A stretch of 64,000 nt of DNA from Gavia stellata (lineage: Eukaryota), in the NCBI RefSeq assembly GCF_030936135.1, contig NC_082594.1:19522879-19586878 (forward strand), in the 5' to 3' direction. The translations under genes were made by a program, and so were the position numbers. The notes beneath the pieces were generated by a model. The model was not told the DNA's origin. It ran no database searches and worked only from the letters and a program-made list of their open reading frames with translations. Below, in pieces: positions 38,697 through 52,132 of this stretch (positions are counted from its first letter, which is position 1; each line of letters begins with the position of its first letter).

Positions 38697-40853
38697 GTAA
38701 GTACAAAGTTAGCTAGCAATTGCATTTGTTTAAAATCACTGATAATTTATTCAAAGTGAGCGGTTAATAAGCTGAGAACTGTCACATGCCTGAGTGTACT
38801 GTCTTAAATATATGTGTATGTTTAGATTAAATGCAGAAATATTTGCCTACCTGTAATAACAGAATGGAAAATCTGTAAGGAATTTCAAAGGTAAGATGCC
38901 TACAATAATGTTAATTCCATATCCAGGTAGTCTTACCTATTCAACTACTGTTGAATATATAACTACTATAACTACTATAACTACTATATAACAACTATAC
39001 TATTTAACAATATAATTGGAAAATACAGGAGTTAACGTTTTAAAACTTTGCATTTCGTGTTTTGGTATAGTCTCATTTTAATAGTGCAATTTCAATGCAA
39101 CATTAGTAGTTGTATAATTTTATTATTTAATTTTCATTTGGTTTGTAAGGTAGTTACTTAAAGACCAAGTAAGCACTAGACTTCTCAACAATCAGAGGAA
39201 CAGGCAAAACCTCACTGAAATTCATTGCAATGCAGTTTGGCTGTTTTCAGTAACAACAAACTAGAAAGATATGTACATGACTGAAATGACTTTTTAAAAA
39301 AGAACTGGGTTGTAGTTACACATCTCAGGTTGCGAGGCATAAATGCAAAAGGGTCAGGGAGGTGTTAGGTTCTTACTGTGTCCTGGGAGGACTGGGAAGG
39401 ATACATCAAAATAAAGACCAGTAGTGAGGGTCATGTTCTTCTAGGACTGTTTTTTTTTAATGACACCTTCACCATAGCTCCCGCAACATTCCCCAGATCT
39501 CCCAGCTGTGGGCCCTTTCCCAGCACTGGGCAAGCACACCCTTCAGGCCACATACCAGACATCCCAGTGCTCTTCCAGAGTAATCATATGTTATGCCTAT
39601 AATAGAATTTGCATCAACACACAATAAAGAACAGATGAAATGTGTCCATTAGCAGCACACTGACACCATTTTCAACATATTTACATTCCTGTTATGTTCA
39701 TGTTCAGCATATTTACATTCATTGATTATTGGTTATTGATATGATGGAACTAGGCCTGGCAATGGATTACCTCAGTGCTGGTAGTCTGAGAGGGCATGGC
39801 TTTTAATGGTTCCTCTAGACCACTAGCATTAATCTGCTAGTGTGCAACAATCTGCTTTGAGTAGGCAGGATCTGTATTTAACATGTTACATCGGTAAAAG
39901 AATAATGGTGAACAGGTGTAAAAGAGACGTTCACTCTGGTTCATACTGTTGTGTAGACAAAGAGTGTTTTCTAGAAGGCTGAATTAATAGAGAATACTAC
40001 ATCTGTTTTATCTGTGATAATTCTCTGCAGGTAAATGAAAAAAAAATTTTTAAATAGTGCAAGATTTGTACTTTACAGACTTGTACAAGGCAGCAAAATC
40101 TATAAGAAGACTTTTAAAAGAGCAGTAAACTTTAAATCCAATATGTTATGTGTTCTTAGCATAGATACAATTGTACTATTTAATTTTGCCTTGAGGGATT
40201 TTGGTGAGGATTCACTAGGTCACTAAGACAGTGGTATGGTCCTGTTGAGGAATGAGTCTACTTTCTGTCCGACAAAGATTCGAGACGTACTGTGTTGTTT
40301 CTCACCCAAAAGAATTCTTATCTGCTTAATTGTTCTCCTTTAATGCTCTCATTTTTATATATACCTATGAAATACCTTCACAGTAGTCAGGCTATTGATG
40401 AGCAGAGCCTGCATTTCTATCAGGCTAATAAGTGTTACCATACTGGTTATTTCTGTGTTGTTCAGATAGTAACATTCCCTAGCTGACACTGGACTTAGCT
40501 GTGAGATAGCTGTGTCCACACTAAATGGCTCTGCTGAGATTGAGGTTAATTAGTTCAAGATCAGGATCATTTTGATGCAGTCTTATTGGTGTTTGAACCT
40601 AAGTTAATTTCTCTGCATAACTCTGCACTGTGACATGTAAAAACTTGTGTATCATGTAATTTCCTTGAATGTTATTAGGAAATCTCTAATACAGCAGCAC
40701 ATTCATTGGCTCAGTTGGTCTATCCCCTGAAAAAGGGATAGAATTTTAAAAATTCAGATTCAAAAAGCTTGCAGTACTGATTAAAAACATTTATAAATAG
40801 TATCAGATGAACAATTTAATTCTATAATTACATAAAGAATTTTTTTTTGTTAG

Positions 40854-40953
40854 TTCCACAGCAAATCGACACATGCTGAGATCTTTGTCCCACTATGGTG
40901 CTGGAGCATTTGAATACTTTGACCCAAAATCAAAGTATAACTGGGAGGCAAAG
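40854..40953 (+). CDS. PARP4: PARP4 exon 25 (vWA C-terminus)
   Basis: Acceptor ttttgttag and donor AAG|GTACAT. Encodes STANRHMLRSLSHYGAGAFEYFDPKSK, matching human STANRHVLRILSQCGAGVFEYFNAKSK. Confidence 0.9.
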
Positions 40954-42065
40954 GTACATTTATAAATCTTGACTATATTCAGCATGTGATCATTGTCTGA
41001 TATATCAATATCTGATACTGTATATCTTCAGTATCTCAAAATGGGAATTACTACTTTTTGTGGGATCATGTGGCTTTGCTATTACAATAAGGCAGTTCAA
41101 GAAACATTTGCTAGAAGGTGGAAGGAGAGATGCTTGTCTATTAAGCCTTCTTTTATTTTAAATATAAATTGACACTAAGTGAGAAAGAGAAGTATTTAGT
41201 TTGAGTATTACAAAGGTGCCTTATTTTCATCAGGAACACATGTGCTATAGGAAGATATAAGAGAGCTGTAGAGAACCCTCAGTTCTTCGATAAGGGAGGG
41301 AATTTGTCACTGTAGTTGCCCTACCTTCTCATTCAGATTAGTCACTGAATGTGTAAAAGAAAACAAGAAAGCCATAACTTATTTTTTCTATTCTTTTTGA
41401 TAGAGCTACTGTACTTTTCCTGGTAAGTGCTATATAAATAATTGTCCCTGGTTGGAAAAACTGGCTTTACTTCTGTCATAGGTCACAGTCCATCTACATT
41501 GTCCTTGCTATAGTGATGAGGCCTGTAGCAGTTGTGTTCTGTAACTTTTCACTGTTGGTGCATCTAGAAGTTTGAGGCAATCTAGGACCCCACATGTGGT
41601 GCTTTTCAGGTTTCCTCTATAGTTATGTGTCTACAGTGCTATCCTGTGCCTTGAATCTGATCCCTCCTGACACAGTGACAATAGGGAAGGTGCTGCAGCA
41701 AGGCTAGTATCTGGTACATTTTTGCCTGGGGGAATGGATGAAAGCATCTATTTCTCCTCTTGCTATTCTGGCTGTTGTTTGAGTGATATGTGCAGAACTA
41801 TCAAGAGCACACCATGGAGATGTGCAGAACTGTTCACATAGCTCAGAGTTCATATGCAGGAGATGGTGCTAAGTGTAGCAGGCCATATGCCCTAGCCTGT
41901 TTGGCAACCCTGATGGATAGAAACTTTACTCTCAAATTTCAGCTTTTACTTAAAAGAAGTTTCATTATTCCAGAAGCCAGTACAATAATGGCCGAGTGAT
42001 TCTGCTTATTAACTCCAAACGTTAGACTCATTTTACCAGTAATAATATGTGGCTTGTTTTAGTTT

Positions 42066-42071
42066 GTTTTG

Positions 42072-42104
<33 letters not shown>
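42066..42104. repeat. Homopolymer pair T13 then A21
   Basis: Directly visible in the intron before exon 26. Confidence 0.9.
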
Positions 42105-42214
42105 GAAATTAGTTCCATTCACATGGGAAATATGTTATTTTCTATTGAGAGATTATGTTTTCTTTTGAAAGCCTGCTAGCAAACAGAGCTAATTTGTTTT
42201 GCTTCTTTACACAG

Positions 42215-42385
42215 ATACAGAGCCAGGTATCTAGAATATTTTCTCCAGGATGCAGTTCAGTTTCTATTAAATGGCAACAGTTTAATACAGGTGCACCAGA
42301 GCCAATGCAGGCTCCTGCTCAAATACAGTCTTTATTTAACAATGAGAGACTTCTTGTCTATGGATTCATCCCTCACTGTACTCAG
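42215..42385 (+). CDS. PARP4: PARP4 exon 26
   Basis: ORF 42155..42433. Acceptor ctttacacag and donor CAG|GTAAAG. Encodes ...SIKWQQFNTGAPEPMQAPAQIQSLFNNERLLVYGFIPHCTQ, matching human SVKWQQLNPDVPEALQAPAQVPSLFLNDRLLVYGFIPHCTQ. Confidence 0.9.
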
Positions 42386-42792
42386 GTAAAGACTGGAATG
42401 CACATGCACTACTGGATAGAAATTCACATGTAAAACAACCACAAAGGAAATATTATATTGTATTATATATCCTCTATGCAGCATGCACTTAGCTTCTTTT
42501 TCATTGCTAAATATAATAAAGTTACTATTTAATTGTCATTATTAGTCTTCCCTCTAAGAAGTAGAGAGGAAAGAGTTATCTAATTTAATGTTCTTATCAT
42601 TGTGCTTTGATAAATACAGGATTCCTTTACTTGTGACTGTCCCCTTGTTGTAAGGGGAAATATTTATAAACCTAGATATGCAAAGATTTACAGATTTTAG
42701 TTATATTTGGGAGACAGAACAGAATGCATGTGTGCTGGTAACATAGCATGAGAAAGAAAGAAACAGTTCTTTGGTTTTTTTTTTCCTTTTAG

Positions 42793-42873
42793 GCCACCTT
42801 AAGAGCAGTAATAAATGACCAAGAACTACAGACTGTGGTGTCAACTACTGAACTACAGAAGACAACAGGAACA
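42793..42873 (+). CDS. PARP4: PARP4 exon 27
   Basis: ORF 42835..43068. Acceptor cctttttag and donor ACA|GTGAGT. Encodes ...QTVVSTTELQKTTGT, matching human RTMVSTTELQKTTGT. Confidence 0.9.
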
Positions 42874-44707
42874 GTGAGTTTGGCCAACATTATTTGTATA
42901 TGCCATAGTGAGACAAGCTGTTTTAAACAACTATGTGCTGCTTCATGCTCTTCTGAAGGAATTGAAATCCCTGTTTTCAGCAGCTCTTGCATTTTTATTT
43001 TTGTTTCTGATGTTTTAACACAGACCTTCAGTTTTCAGACTTTTATATGTAAAACAGCTTCCCTTTAACTGTCACCTTTCTCTGTGCTTTCTAACACAAA
43101 ACTTAAGCTTCTCAGAATAGGAAGTGCTGCTTCTTATTTTGGCATCCTGTTTGGGCTCTAGCTTTATTCTTGAGTTGGCTGTTCTTCAGGCAACCTCTGT
43201 GAAGAAGCTGCTGCAGCATTCTTTTTCATGTTGAAAATTGTGGCAAATTGTTGCTATGTGCTATTGCTAGTCTGTCATCTCAGAGACAGTAAAGTGTTAC
43301 TAGCCTTTCCTCTGCTTCAGTAACAATGAAGTAAGGAGTCTTTTATGCAGAGGGAAGCACAGCACCCATTCTGAAAAGGAAAACAAGCTAAAAAGAACCA
43401 TTTATTAAATCTAACAGGTGTCTACACTTGAAAAATCAAAATAACAGTTAACTTTCAGTAATAATTCTGATATGACTGTGACCCCTTCCCCACTACAGGA
43501 AGCTGATTTGTCTTCAAATAGAAATTATTTTGTTCCCTACTTAATATAATCCACTGTGAAAACCACTATCATGGGTTGGTTTCCATGGACATGTTGGTTT
43601 CCAGGGCCGCGTCCTTCTACAGGCAAATAAAATTGGCAAGCAAAAGCAATGTATTTGTGTGCCATAATGAATTTTTGCTTTTAGAAGAATACCTGTACTA
43701 CAAATTTCAGGTGCAGTTAAAAAAAAAAGAAAATTTTGAAAGGTGTGAACTGAAATATCAAAATGATAAAAAACAGGGTCAAAATTAGAAAAAAAATATT
43801 AATTCTTGATGCTTTAGATGAACTCTGAGAATTCCTACCTGTTTCTTTTGCCAATTTACCTTAGCTCAAAAAGTAACTATTTGCTTAAGAGGTTTTCTTC
43901 AGAAGTGGCTCTCTTTGGTATCTATTATATTCTTCCAAAAATGAGCCAGTGGGAATGTTTTGGCAATTGGAACTGGAATATAACTGGACTTTACCACATT
44001 GCCCCCACAAAGCTTCCTCTCTTTGTTACCTTTAACGTATTGAAGAGACCAAAATTGTTTTTCTTTTCTATGAAAGACTGGTTTAGTTCAAAAAAGTAAT
44101 TTCTGGTTAGTACAGTTCAGTATTTCCCTTTTCTGCGTATAGCCCCTCAGGTCAAAAATTACTTGATTATGACCTAATGATTTTTTTTAAAGTTGAACAC
44201 TCTAGACTGAGTTTACTTTTTCCCCAAATTCTGTATTTTTATGGACAGGATTAATTTACCTAACTTCACCTATATAGACACTGTTAAATCTGAGGTAGTT
44301 GTCCAGGCTCTGTTTACAGTCACTGGAGAAAAATGTGTACCTCCAGAAGGGGGTTTTTTCCTACTTATTTTAGTTAGCCGTTTCAAGTTGGGATTAATTG
44401 CCCGGTGGAGTTGTTCTATTTGTTTGCATGCCTGCCTTTTTTTCCTCACCCTTGACTCTAGAGAGAATGTGCACAACAAGTAAAGATCTGGGTATTTTTT
44501 AGTTTGCTGAAATTCAGTGAAATAAAAATGTATCTTAGGTGCAGGTTGTGATTCCTTTTCAAATGGAAAATTAGCTTGACCCTTCCTTAGAGAATGGGAT
44601 TCTGTGTAAATACGGAAGCTAATTGCCTGAAGCTTGACCTCATAAATGAAAGCAAGAATTAAAAAAAAAAGTTACTACCCTTATCATCAGTTTTATTTTC
44701 TTTCTAG

Positions 44708-44788
44708 GTGCTGCACAAACTTGCAGCAAGAGCTTTCATTAATGACTATGAAGATGGGATTCTTCATGAGAATGAAACAGAACATGAG
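44708..44788 (+). CDS. PARP4: PARP4 exon 28
   Basis: Acceptor tttctttctag and donor GAG|GTTTGA. Encodes VLHKLAARAFINDYEDGILHENETEHE, matching human MIHKLAARALIRDYEDGILHENETSHE. Confidence 0.9.
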
Positions 44789-45584
44789 GTTTGATAATCT
44801 GAAATAAACCATATACATTTAAAATGCTAAATAGCAAACACTTCAGTGGAATAGAGAAGATTTTCTTGCTTTGTTAAACATAACTAGAAGGTTGCAATTC
44901 TAATACCATTTTAAGGTTGAAGTGACAATATAGTAATATCCTCCCAGATAAGATTTTGAAAAATTTGGGGATAGCCTTTTCTTCTTCCCCACTATAAGAA
45001 TGTCCTCTTTTGGCATAATGTGTACATATTTTTCCTAATCTATACCCTGTCGTTGTAAGCCATTGGTGATTCTTCCTTTCCTGTGACATATAACATTTTA
45101 GTTTTGTGAAGATCAATACATATTAGTCCAGTGAAAGTCCATAGCTTTTGTATAGGATATGGTGGAAAATAATGACTTGTGTTTTACAGATAGACAAACT
45201 TAATGATCTAATGATCTGTTAAAAAAATGGCTTTTAGCTAGTCAAAAACTTACCATATTGCCATCTTGGCTTATTTGAGACTTCAGACTAATTCTTCTTA
45301 CAAAATACATCTGCTTCTTACACTAGAAGAAGGATAGAACCAAAAGAAGTGTAACTAGAGGAAATGCATATCCCTGCCCAAAGTTGAGTGAGGGAGTAGA
45401 GAAAGTTAGAAGGGAGTAGACAGATAGGCAGGCCAGTATATTCACATGAGCTATTCCATTTACATGTCCCTATTTAGAGTGCGTAAGTGTGTTTATAGGT
45501 ATGTGTTCAGTTTTGACATCAAAGTTTCTTTTAGCTGATCATATTTTTTCTACCTGTTCCATTTGTTAATACCTAACAATCTAG

Positions 45585-45680
45585 ATGAAGAAACAAGTCT
45601 TGAAAAACATGATTATTCACCTCAGCTTGGAGAACTCAATTATAAGCCAGTTTACAAGCTTTGTTGCAGTTGAGAAAAGG
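45585..45680 (+). CDS. PARP4: PARP4 exon 29
   Basis: ORF 45585..45785. Acceptor caatctag and donor AGG|GTATGT. Encodes MKKQVLKNMIIHLSLENSIISQFTSFVAVEKR, matching human MKKQTLKSLIIKLSKENSLITQFTSFVAVEKR. Confidence 0.9.
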
Positions 45681-46649
45681 GTATGTTTTCTATATAATAC
45701 CGTGTTCCCACTAGCTTCTCTGTCAAAAGACTCTAAATGCTGTAACCTTGTACGTATCAAAACCAGTCTTCCTTTTGCTGAATAATTATTATTCTTTCAC
45801 AGTAGAGCTAAAACTATTATTTTTGTCATTATTTTGGTTTCTTCTGCAATATAGCAAGTTATTTTCTTTTTCTATCTCTCGTATTGCTTGTCCTTAGTTT
45901 ACAATCAAAGTTTGTTAATCTGTGTGTTCCTGTTGTGATTTGCTACAAGGGTTTGTAATTCCTGATAGCGCTGTGGGAGCAAGACAGGTCAGAGGACAAG
46001 GCTAGATGAAGAGTACTCTTCAATCCTTGGTGCATAAGCCACAGAACCCTTTCTTATAGAAAGTAAGGATGCCGAACTATAGCAAACTGGCCACTCTAGC
46101 CATGGATTGCTGAAGTAATGGATTTTGTATTGGCAAAAGTCATTCTAGGGAAGTCTGTGTCAGGTGGAAGTCACAAGGAATGCAAAACCTGAAAAATCTC
46201 TCTTTAATACTGCAGTAAACTATGGAACGTCTTCATTTGTTCTCAGTATTAGAACAGTGCTAGGAGAAACAACAGCTTTGCAGCAAATGGAAAGAAATAC
46301 ATATAAATGACAACCTTGAAATTCAAGGGTCAGTAAGAAGAGTTTTCAAATGGAAAGCTCTATCATGATAAGCAAGATCATATCAGTTGGATTAAGTATT
46401 AGACAGGGCACAGAGAACGGGAATTCATCTGACCAAATACGTGTGTGTACATTTAGCAATAAATCAGTTACATTTGCCTTCCTCTCATGATCAATGGAAA
46501 TAAAGAGATATTTCTAGAGCTTGATTCATCTCATCCTAAAGTTAAATACCTAAAACAGTTCAGATTAATGTTCTCAAGAGGTCTTCTTCTCAGCACTGAT
46601 TATAGTGGTTACCTATAGTCACTATTTCAGATTCAAGGATCACTTCCTC

Positions 46650-47935
46650 CAAGCTCAAGAGCACTCTATCCCAATGAACAGGAAGTCAGGCAAAAATGCG
46701 AGGAGGCCTGGTGTGAACATGGATGAACAAGGAACTCCTGGAAAAACTGAAATATAAAAGGAATTATACTGACAGTGGGAAGCAAGGACAGGTAACCTGG
46801 CAGGAATATGGAGGCACTATCTGAGCATGCAAAGACATCGTTAGGAAAGCCAAAGTCCACATGGAGTTGAATCTGGCAAGGGATGTCAAAGACAATGTGA
46901 AGGGCTTCTGTAAGTACGGAAGTGGCAAAAGGAAGACTGGGGAAAATGTAGGCCTGCTGTTGAATGGGGCAGGGGAACTGGTGACACAGGACATGGAAAA
47001 GGCTGAGGTACTGAACACCTTTGTTGCCTCTGTCTTTACTAGCAAGACCAACCTTTGGAAAATCAAGGCCCCAGAGACCGGGGGGAAGTTTAGAGTAAGG
47101 AAGATGCACCCTTGGTGAAAGAGAATCAGGTCAGGGAATACTTAAGCAAACTGGACATACATAAATCCATGGACCCTGGTGGGATGCACCCACAAGTGCT
47201 GAGGGAGCTGGCTGATGTCATTGCCTTGCACTTTCAAAAAATCTTTGAATGATCATGGCAATTGGGAGAAGTGCCCGAAGACTGGAGGAAAGCAAGTGTC
47301 ACTCCTATGTTCAGGGAGGGCAAGAAGGAGGACCCAAGGAACTACAGGCTGGTCAGCCTCACCTTGATCCCTGGGAAGGTGGTGGAGCAGCTAATCCTGG
47401 AAACCATTTCCAGGTGTATGAAGGAGAAGAATGTCACCAGAAGTAGCCAGTATGGATTCACCATGGTAAAGTCATGCTTGACCAACTTGATAAACTTTGA
47501 AAACGAAATGACTGATGTGGTAGATGAGGGAAGAGCAGTGGATATTCTCTGCCTGGATTTCAGTAAGGCTTTTTGACACTGTCTCCCATATGATCCTCAT
47601 ACAGAAGCTGATGAAGTATGGGCTGGATGAGCAGACAGTGAGGTGGATTGAAAACTGGCTGAATGGCCAGGCCCAGAGGGTGGTGATCAGTGGCAGGAAG
47701 TCTAGTTGGAGGCCAGTGACTACTGGTGTACCCCAGGGGCCAACAGTGGGGTTTGTCCTGTTCAAAATCTTCATTGATGTTCTGGATGATGGAACAGAGT
47801 TGTACCTTCAGCAAGTTTGGTAATGATGCAAAACTGGGAAGAGTGGCTGATACACCAGAGAGTCATGCTGCCATCCGGAAGTACCTCGATAGGCTGGAGA
47901 AATGGGCTGACACGAACCTTATGAAGTTCAAATAG
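46650..47935 (+). mobile_element. CR1 LINE internal fragment (ORF2 reverse-transcriptase region), degenerate, both ends truncated
   Basis: Several plus-strand ORFs (46861-47118, 47262-47576, 47524-47823, 47726-47935) carry RT-like motifs (FREGKKEDPRNYRLVSLTLIPGKV..., [20 protein letters not shown]). They are split by frameshifts and stops. No CR1 3' hairpin or octamer tail follows. Confidence 0.8.
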
Positions 47936-49166
47936 GAGAACTTTTACAGCTTTTTATAGTGTCCAAAACAGTTCTTTCATGATCCAATTTACTATTTCAT
48001 ATGGTATATTAATATAAATAAAAGTAGGCCTGAAGGAAGAATTGAATGGAGATGCTGGATAAAACAAGGATACCTTTTCCTGTTTTTACTGTTTCATCTT
48101 CATGTCTACATTATTATGAAAAAAACAATACCAGTAGCATATGTACATTATAAGAGTTAGTTTTTTCTGGAAGTATTGCTTTCCTGAGTAACGACTACAA
48201 CATTTGCAATTAAAGATCAAAACAGAGACATGCATTCCAAAAAACATCTGATTAAAAAGCAACTATAAAATGCAATGCTGTGAAGTTATTGGAAATTCCC
48301 AGGTCAAGGACTACTTTTCAAAATAAGGTAACTCAACTGAATCAATTTAAATATCTTTCTGTAATGCACCTGAATATTCCATCTAGTACATAACAGAAGC
48401 AATATTCAGAGGAAAAATTATGTTACAGATTAGTAAGGGAACACCTGTGTAATTTCATGAACTAGTTGTTTGCAAAGGGTGTCTGTCATTCTGATTTTTA
48501 TGTATCTGTTTTTTCAATTCTTCAAAAGATTCAGTTTCCTCTGATGATGCCTCTCAAGAAACAGACTTCTAGAATGTTATGTTTTAACATAAACTGTAAA
48601 TATAATAGCTTTAATCTCATTTCTAGTCTAGGATGACTTTTGACCCAGTGGAACAAAACATTGCAGACATCTTAAGGCAAAAGCACATATACAACACAAT
48701 GCAGTACCGTGCAGAAATACCCAGACTAGCCCATTCAGCTTGGGACTATATTATGCTATGTAATTTGTCTTCTTAACATGATTTTGCAGAATGCTATGTA
48801 CTTTAAGCACATCTATAATAATGGTTATGTTTGCTTTCCTTCAAAGGGTGGCAATAGGATTCTGACAAAAAGAACCGCCCAAGATTTGGATTTTATTTCA
48901 ATTATGTGGATTTGAACAAATTATACATACAAATACATACTGTCCACCTTTATATTTCATGTGAATCTAATCACATTGTCCCTCAATATAGTAAAAAATG
49001 TGAAGTTACACTTACTGGTTTTTTGTATATACTGAGTATTTTTAATGTACTGCGTTATCTGCTTATTCCCTGTTTTCAACACATTTCAAACTCACAAAGA
49101 AAAAAGCACTGTCTCTATAATGCCAGAGAATTTTCAGGTTTGTAACTGTGGTGCATTTTAATTTAG

Positions 49167-49316
49167 GATGCTAATGAAACTTTTTCTGCTGATACTCCAA
49201 ACATCCTGGAAATTATTGCTCAAGAAGATGTAGATTTTTTACCTTACATGGACTGGGACCAAAAGTCAGTGGAATCTGGCTTCTTATTTTCAGAAGAAAT
49301 TGCCTTTGGTGCCCTG
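49167..49316 (+). CDS. PARP4: PARP4 exon 30
   Basis: Acceptor taatttag and donor CTG|GTAACT. Encodes DANETFSADTPNILEIIAQEDVDFLPYMDW, matching human DENESPFPDIPKVSELIAKEDVDFLPYMSW. Confidence 0.85.
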
Positions 49317-50464
49317 GTAACTACATTTCATATATGTTCTTACTGCTAACATTTTTGGTATATTACCCAGTTGTCGTGCTGTATTGTATGTGTAACCATA
49401 TAATAATTGTTCATGAAATCTGTTCAATTTTTCATTATTTTGAATATAATTAATGCCACACAAGTAGGGTGTGGAATTTTACTATAAACACAAAAATTTG
49501 GAGGAACCTGTCCCAAAAATAAAGTACACTTAAAAATACCATGAGTGCAGCAGAACTTTTGAGAGACAATATGACAATACAGACAACTTCTCCCTTCCAG
49601 AAGAAACTAACACCTGTTAGAGCATACTCTTATAAGAATATGCTAGTGTAGATGAAGCTTTAAATTCAGCTCTAAGAAACTGGGGGCAGGGCGGGGGGAG
49701 TTTCAAGGAAAATCAAGGTACTGATGCATAACTAAGTCTCCACTAGCAGAGGGGTACAGCCAAAGCAGACTACTGGGAATGGGGTTAAGCATGACTGGAA
49801 GAAGAGGACATATTGCTAGCATGCAATGGGACAATCTCTTCAATGAGGGGGGAGCAGTGAGAGAAACTTGAACTAGTGAAATGGATGTTTGCTGGTTATG
49901 GTACCTCTCTCTTGACTTTGGAAACTACAGGAGATGCCCGCATCAGTTAGCCAGCAGATATAATTCTGTCACTCTGTAAAATCTTAAGAGATTAAAGCTT
50001 TACATCTCCAAATTGTGTAGGAGACTCAAGAAAATCACTATTTGTCTGTTAAATTGTGTTGTGCATGACCATGATGTGCATTTAATACAACTCAGGAGCA
50101 TCGTCTCAGCCTGTAGTCTGTAATGTATTAAGATTGGGAGCTATTTAGAACGGTATCTGGGTGTGTATTCTATAACTTAGGTCAACTCATATAAAGCCAT
50201 TTTCCTTATCCTTTGGCCCAAGAATTCCTAGGCAGAAGAGTACAAGACGTCTATGGTGGTGTATGGTGGCAGTATAGCCCAGGCTCATTAGCTTGTATGC
50301 AGCAGCTACTGACCTCAGGTGGTACATGTGCTGAAATTGCAGCACAAGCAGGAGCCACGCTTCGCTTTGTGCAGATCTATCTTCTGTGTATGTACAAAAG
50401 TATTGTACAGTGGAACTTGCTTGGCTCATAATCATCGTTATGTTAATAATTTTTATCTTAATAA

Positions 50465-52132
50465 TGTGAAATACCTCTCCCCTCATATTTTGTCACAGTC
50501 AAATTCTCCTCTGAATTTGTCCAGTGTAAGGTAGAATAGGGTAAGACATTTTTAGTTTAACTGATATATTATTTTCATTTTGAACATATGAATGACAGTA
50601 TAATGACACTGCACACAACATAAGAAGAAATGCTGTTTTGATTAAAAAGAGAAAAATATCTTAACTAATTCTGGAATTATTTTGTTTCCTTGTAATTTTA
50701 CTAAACAGGCATGTTGCCCAGCAGTAGATGAGATTTATTCAGCTGATTTCCTAAGTGAGAAAGGTGAACCTGAAAGCTTCCAATTTCAACCTGAAGAAGA
50801 TTCTGTTAGTCAAAAGAACATCTCACCAAAAAACATGGCGCAGGGCTTTGTAAATGTTTCTGAACTTGGAAGTAGTATTTGCGGTCTCAAATCAAATTTC
50901 AGTTCTGATAGAGGTATCACAAAGGAAAGATCATCTGGAACAAGGGCATCTTCACCATATGACCTTCATCAGCTGGAAGCTGCTGAACCTTTCTCATTCC
51001 AAAACTTTGGTTTTAAACCTAAGCCAGGAGAAGGAATTGATCTGACTCAGCAAAAATCACTTCAGACACCTGCACTTACAAAATTAGATGTTTGTGTGGA
51101 TGTTCCTGAACCTGCTCCTCCTCCTCCCCCTCCCTATTGTTTTCAAAAATCAGTGGGAGGCACGAAACAAGTTTATTCTTTTTGTGCTGCTCCAGTGCAG
51201 GGTTTATTCTCGTTTGGTTCACCTACCCCTACATGCACAAATTTTGAAAAGACTAATGTTGAAAAAGAAGTTACTCCCAAATTTCCTGTTTTTCAAGCTA
51301 ATAGAAAAGAAGCATTGCCACGGTTAAGGTGTAAGAAAAAGGCAATACATCAGCATGATATTACGGCTCCTGAAGAAGAATTTACTGAGAAGTTTAAGGT
51401 TGTGGTAAGTCTTCCGTCAGTCGTCTTTTATATATAGGATGCTACACATGTCATGTTGAAATCCAAGCTGCATTCAGCTGATGAAAGCTGCCTTAAACAT
51501 TTGTGTTTCAAGGTTCATGGATGTACAGCCAAAAAAGAACATGGTAAGATGGTAATGAGGCTGCTTTCCAAGTCAAGAAATCTGAACCTGAAATGCAGAA
51601 AGCATTCTTTTTGTCTGGTTGGTTTTTAGTTATTCTTTTTCAAAGTGATAAATCTTATAGTCTGAATTCTGCCACTTGTTCCTTACTACTCTAATAGGTG
51701 ACTTTTAAATTGAATTACTTTGTATCATGAACTAGTAGCTATATGGGTAATGGTGGTAGAATAAGATTCTTAATGAACATTATTCTGTTTGTTCAGGAAC
51801 AACCTTACTGTTTTATGCCAACACAGAGGATTCAACAAGGACTTCCGTTCAGTTCAGTAAATAGGAATGAAATTCCTGAGCTCCAAAATCAGGTGCAGTA
51901 CCCATCCTCTATTCATGCATTACCTAAAAATAAAATATGAGTAGAAGGAAAAATTATCTTCAGCCCTGCCCTGAGATAAACATTTTGTACATGATTTTGT
52001 TTTCTTTGCTTTATAAACTGGTTTTATAAAGAGCATAATGACATCAAAGTCATGCTATTTTTTGTTCCTTTCATGGGCAATCCCTCATGCTTAAGAAACA
52101 GTATAAAATCAGAGCCAACAAGTGGTAATAAC
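50465..52132. repeat. Tandem duplication unit A (contains PARP4 exon 31)
   Basis: Clear homology by eye between 50519-50708 and 52164-52353 (offset ~1645) and between 51703-52132 and 52480-52905 (offset ~777). Confidence 0.8.
50709..51404 (+). CDS. PARP4: PARP4 exon 31 (696-nt low-complexity S/P-rich exon)
   Basis: ORF 50682..51437. Acceptor ttactaaacag and donor GTG|GTAAGT. Phase 0 at both ends. Corresponds to the long divergent exon of human PARP4. No motif-level conservation is visible, as expected for this region. Confidence 0.75.

Noticed and set aside
46666-47814. Minus-strand ORFs of 84-147 aa overlapping the CR1 fragment
   Set aside because: Antisense to the CR1 ORF2 reading frame. 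CR1 has no known antisense genes, so these are chance open frames.
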